A DNA stretch of 64,000 bases, taken from assembly GCA_963831935.1 (NCBI GenBank), contig CAWHSH010000004.1, positions 461,571-525,570 on the forward strand, in the 5' to 3' direction. The number at the start of each line of letters is the position of its first letter. Positions within the stretch are counted from its first letter, which is position 1. Shown here piece after piece: positions 61,908 to 64,000 of the stretch. The position numbers were made by a program, and so were the translations under genes. This DNA is from an uncultured Bacteroidales bacterium. Its GTDB lineage: Bacteria > Bacteroidota > Bacteroidia > Bacteroidales > VadinHA17. The notes under the pieces are model-generated. The model was not told where the DNA came from and ran no database searches. It saw only the letters and a list, made by a program, of their open reading frames with translations.

Positions 61908-61998
61908 AGTTGTTTCACCGTAAATATCTTAATCCCGGATTTCGGATTTGGAAATCAGGGAATAAATCCGAAATCTGCAATCCGGAACTAGTTTATCC

Positions 61999-62677
61999 TT
62001 AGTAATCTCCAAAGATATAGCCAAAGCCGACTTTTGTATGAATGAGCTTTTTATTAAAGTCTTTATCGATCTTTTTCCGCAGGAAATTTACATAAACGTC
62101 GACAACATTTGTTCCGAAATCAAAACTGACGTCCCAGACTTTTTCAGCAATATCATTTCGTGAAAGTACGCGTCCGGCGTTTCTCATAAAATACTCCAGC
62201 AAAGAAAACTCTTTGGCTGTCAGTTCAATATGGGAATTACCACGGGAGGCCACTTTCCTGTCAAGATCAAGTTCAAGATCCGCGACTATCAGCTTGTTTA
62301 CAGTATCGTGCAATTGTTCTGCTGTTTTAAGCATGACTTTGACTCTGGCAAGCAGTTCCCTGAATTCAAAAGGCTTTACAAGATAGTCGTTGGCACCAGC
62401 ATCAAACCCTGTTAATTTATCTTCAGTTGTTCCGAGCGCGGTGAGCATAAGTACAGGTATCCCGGGATAGAGCTTTTTGAACTTTTTGCATAGTTCGATA
62501 CCATTGATCCCCGGAATTATTATATCGAGTATAAAGAGGTTGTATTTATACTGGCGGGCAAGTTTTTCGGCTGTCATCCCGTCGTAAGCTATTTCAGCTT
62601 CATACAGGCTCTCTTCCAAGACCTTTTTTTATAAACGAGGCAACCTTTGGTTCATCCTCGACAATCAATATCTTCAT
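61999..62677 (-). pseudogene. OmpR/PhoB-type response regulator, N-terminal frameshift
   Basis: ORF 61999..62619 lacks the first REC strand. MKILIVEDEPKVASFIKKGL is encoded from 62677 in another phase. The winged-helix output is present (LTAKEFSLLEYFM..VVDVYVNFLRKKID). Confidence 0.85.
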
Positions 62678-63043
62678 AAATTTCTGTTTATTTACAGAAT
62701 TCGTTAGAGTATCTTTATCTTTAGCAATATAATAACATTTTCCATTTAACCTGTCCATGGGCATTTAAAAATAAATGTTTAACCCCGGTAACCATTATTT
62801 TAAAGGTATTGGTTTCTATATGCGGTTTTGCGCACGGGAGGTTTATTGAGGTTGTTTTAAATGATTTTTTATATAATGAACCACTTATACTCATTTTTTG
62901 CATACCGGTTTCGCCAGGCTTCTCATCTGTTTTTAAATAGTTGAAAATACTTATAATCAATGGTTTGATTAATGACTGACTTCATAATCAGATTAAGCAG
63001 TGCAAAAAATGATGAATTTTATTTGCAGATACTGATATTTTAA

Positions 63044-63051
63044 TAACTTTG
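63044..63051 (+). promoter_or_regulatory. Candidate Bacteroidota promoter -7 element (TAACTTTG) with TTTG 18 nt upstream
   Basis: TAnnTTTG match about 80 nt upstream of the SusC start. TTTG at 63022..63025 is at about -33 spacing. Confidence 0.3.
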
Positions 63052-63130
63052 ATAGTTTAATTACGCAGGTGCAAACCTGATGTTATAGAGAACCAGTTTT
63101 AACTAACCTGTTTAACCAAAACAATTGACT

Positions 63131-64000
63131 ATGCAAATGTTCACAAAACTACGGCGTATTACGCTGTTTTTGTTCAGCATGGTACTTTCCTCAGGCTTTC
63201 TGCTTGCACAGGAAAGGACCGTTACCGGGAAGGTCACCGCTGAGGGCGAAGGACCTGTTCCGGGAGTTAACGTTACTGTTCAGGGCACAGTAATAGGTGC
63301 TATGACCAGCGTGGATGGAAGCTACTCACTTAAAGTACCGGGACCAACTGCTGTGCTGGTATTTTCTTCAGTAGGTTATGTAACACAAGCTGTTACTGTC
63401 GGATCACAGACTACGATAAACGTCGTCCTGGTATCTGACGTAAAAGCTCTTTCTGAAGTAGTTGTTACCGGCTACACACAGCAGAGAAGAAGGGACCTGA
63501 CAGGTGCTATTGCAACTGTTGAACCGGCCAAACTCACCGCTGTACCTACAGGAAACGTAAGTAACTCCCTTCAGGGACGTACCGCAGGTGTTACTGTTGT
63601 TGGAGACGGCCGTCCGGGTGAAACCTCAAAAGTAAGAATCAGGGGATTCAGCTCATTTGAGAACAACGATCCTCTGTATATCGTAGATGGTGTTCCGACT
63701 CAGGACATTTCTTCACTGAACCCAAATGACGTTGCATCAATTTCTGTCCTGAAAGATGCTGGTGCAGCCTCCATTTACGGGTCCAGGGCATCTAACGGCG
63801 TTATTATCGTTTCCACCAAAAAAGGAAGTGCCGGTACAAAAGTATCATACAGCATGTACTATGGAAGTCAGGATCCGGGCAATGGCCCAGACAACCTGTT
63901 GGATGCACAGGAGTACGCTAACCTTCAGTGGCTTGTTTACAGAAATGACGGAACGACTGAGGTTCATCCCTTCTATGGTCCTTCTACAAACGCAACTCCC
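63131..64000 (+). CDS. SusC/RagA-family TonB-linked outer membrane protein (5' part, runs off the window)
   Basis: Open frame of 290 codons from the ATG at 63131 to the window end; it is absent from the track because it has no stop. Signal peptide, CarboxypepD_reg (RTVTGKVTAEGEGPVPGVNVTV), and plug motifs (SEVVVTGYTQQRRRDLTGA, LQGRTAGV, IRIRG, PLYIVDGVP). Confidence 0.85.
   Translation, partial: MQMFTKLRRITLFLFSMVLSSGFLLAQERTVTGKVTAEGEGPVPGVNVTVQGTVIGAMTSVDGSYSLKVPGPTAVLVFSSVGYVTQAVTVGSQTTINVVLVSDVKALSEVVVTGYTQQRRRDLTGAIATVEPAKLTAVPTGNVSNSLQGRTAGVTVVGDGRPGETSKVRIRGFSSFENNDPLYIVDGVPTQDISSLNPNDVASISVLKDAGAASIYGSRASNGVIIVSTKKGSAGTKVSYSMYYGSQDPGNGPDNLLDAQEYANLQWLVYRNDGTTEVHPFYGPSTNATP

Noticed and set aside
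1-64000. Prophage, integrase, transposase, toxin-antitoxin or known defence-system genes
   Set aside because: No ORF in any frame shows integrase, transposase, terminase, capsid, restriction-modification or Cas-like motifs. The only mobile-looking DNA is the short repeat families.

Overview
This is a Bacteroidota-type chromosomal segment. Evidence: TAnnTTTG-like promoter motifs, SusC/TonB-dependent receptors, DUF4290-murA synteny and many lipoprotein signals. It is probably draft or MAG quality.

Layout:
- 0-15 kb is mostly housekeeping: hydF, an AraC-TPR regulator, an aspartase-like lyase, a sigma-54 activator, an ABC-2 exporter, dnaJ-grpE, murA and an M1 peptidase.
- 15-35 kb holds transport and polymer-degrading genes: capA, two tandem kup, cstA, GH51, M61 peptidase, GH9, pirin and a large GH106-like hydrolase. 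Almost all are broken by frameshifts.
- 35-42 kb holds small genes, ogt, and a TPP-riboswitch / TonB-receptor / pnuT thiamine-uptake operon.
- 41.9-60.1 kb is the stand-out: an 18-kb, 12-gene, same-strand, tightly packed and almost entirely intact cluster. It combines three FG-GAP/ASPIC-UnbV (CRTAC1-type) lipoproteins and a pair of haem-c beta-propeller proteins whose architecture mirrors hydrazine synthase (HzsA-like plus a fused propeller/di-haem peroxidase fold). It also holds a membrane-anchored Reg_prop propeller, two orphan LivK-type binding proteins, a stand-alone DAHP synthase, a YjgF/chorismatase-like protein, and a translationally coupled AsnB-like amidoligase + RaSEA-like radical SAM enzyme. 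An OmpR-type two-component system lies directly upstream, and a SusC gene starts at the right edge.

Two dispersed intergenic repeat families punctuate the window: helically phased CACAGAG heptamer arrays and G/C-rich mini-palindromes. One composite copy sits in frame inside pnuT.

Coordinates: CDS coordinates follow the supplied ORF track. Non-ORF features were hand-counted and may be off by a few nt; my count disagreed with the track by 1 nt around 5.46-5.61 kb. No homology searches were run; all family calls rest on motifs read by eye.
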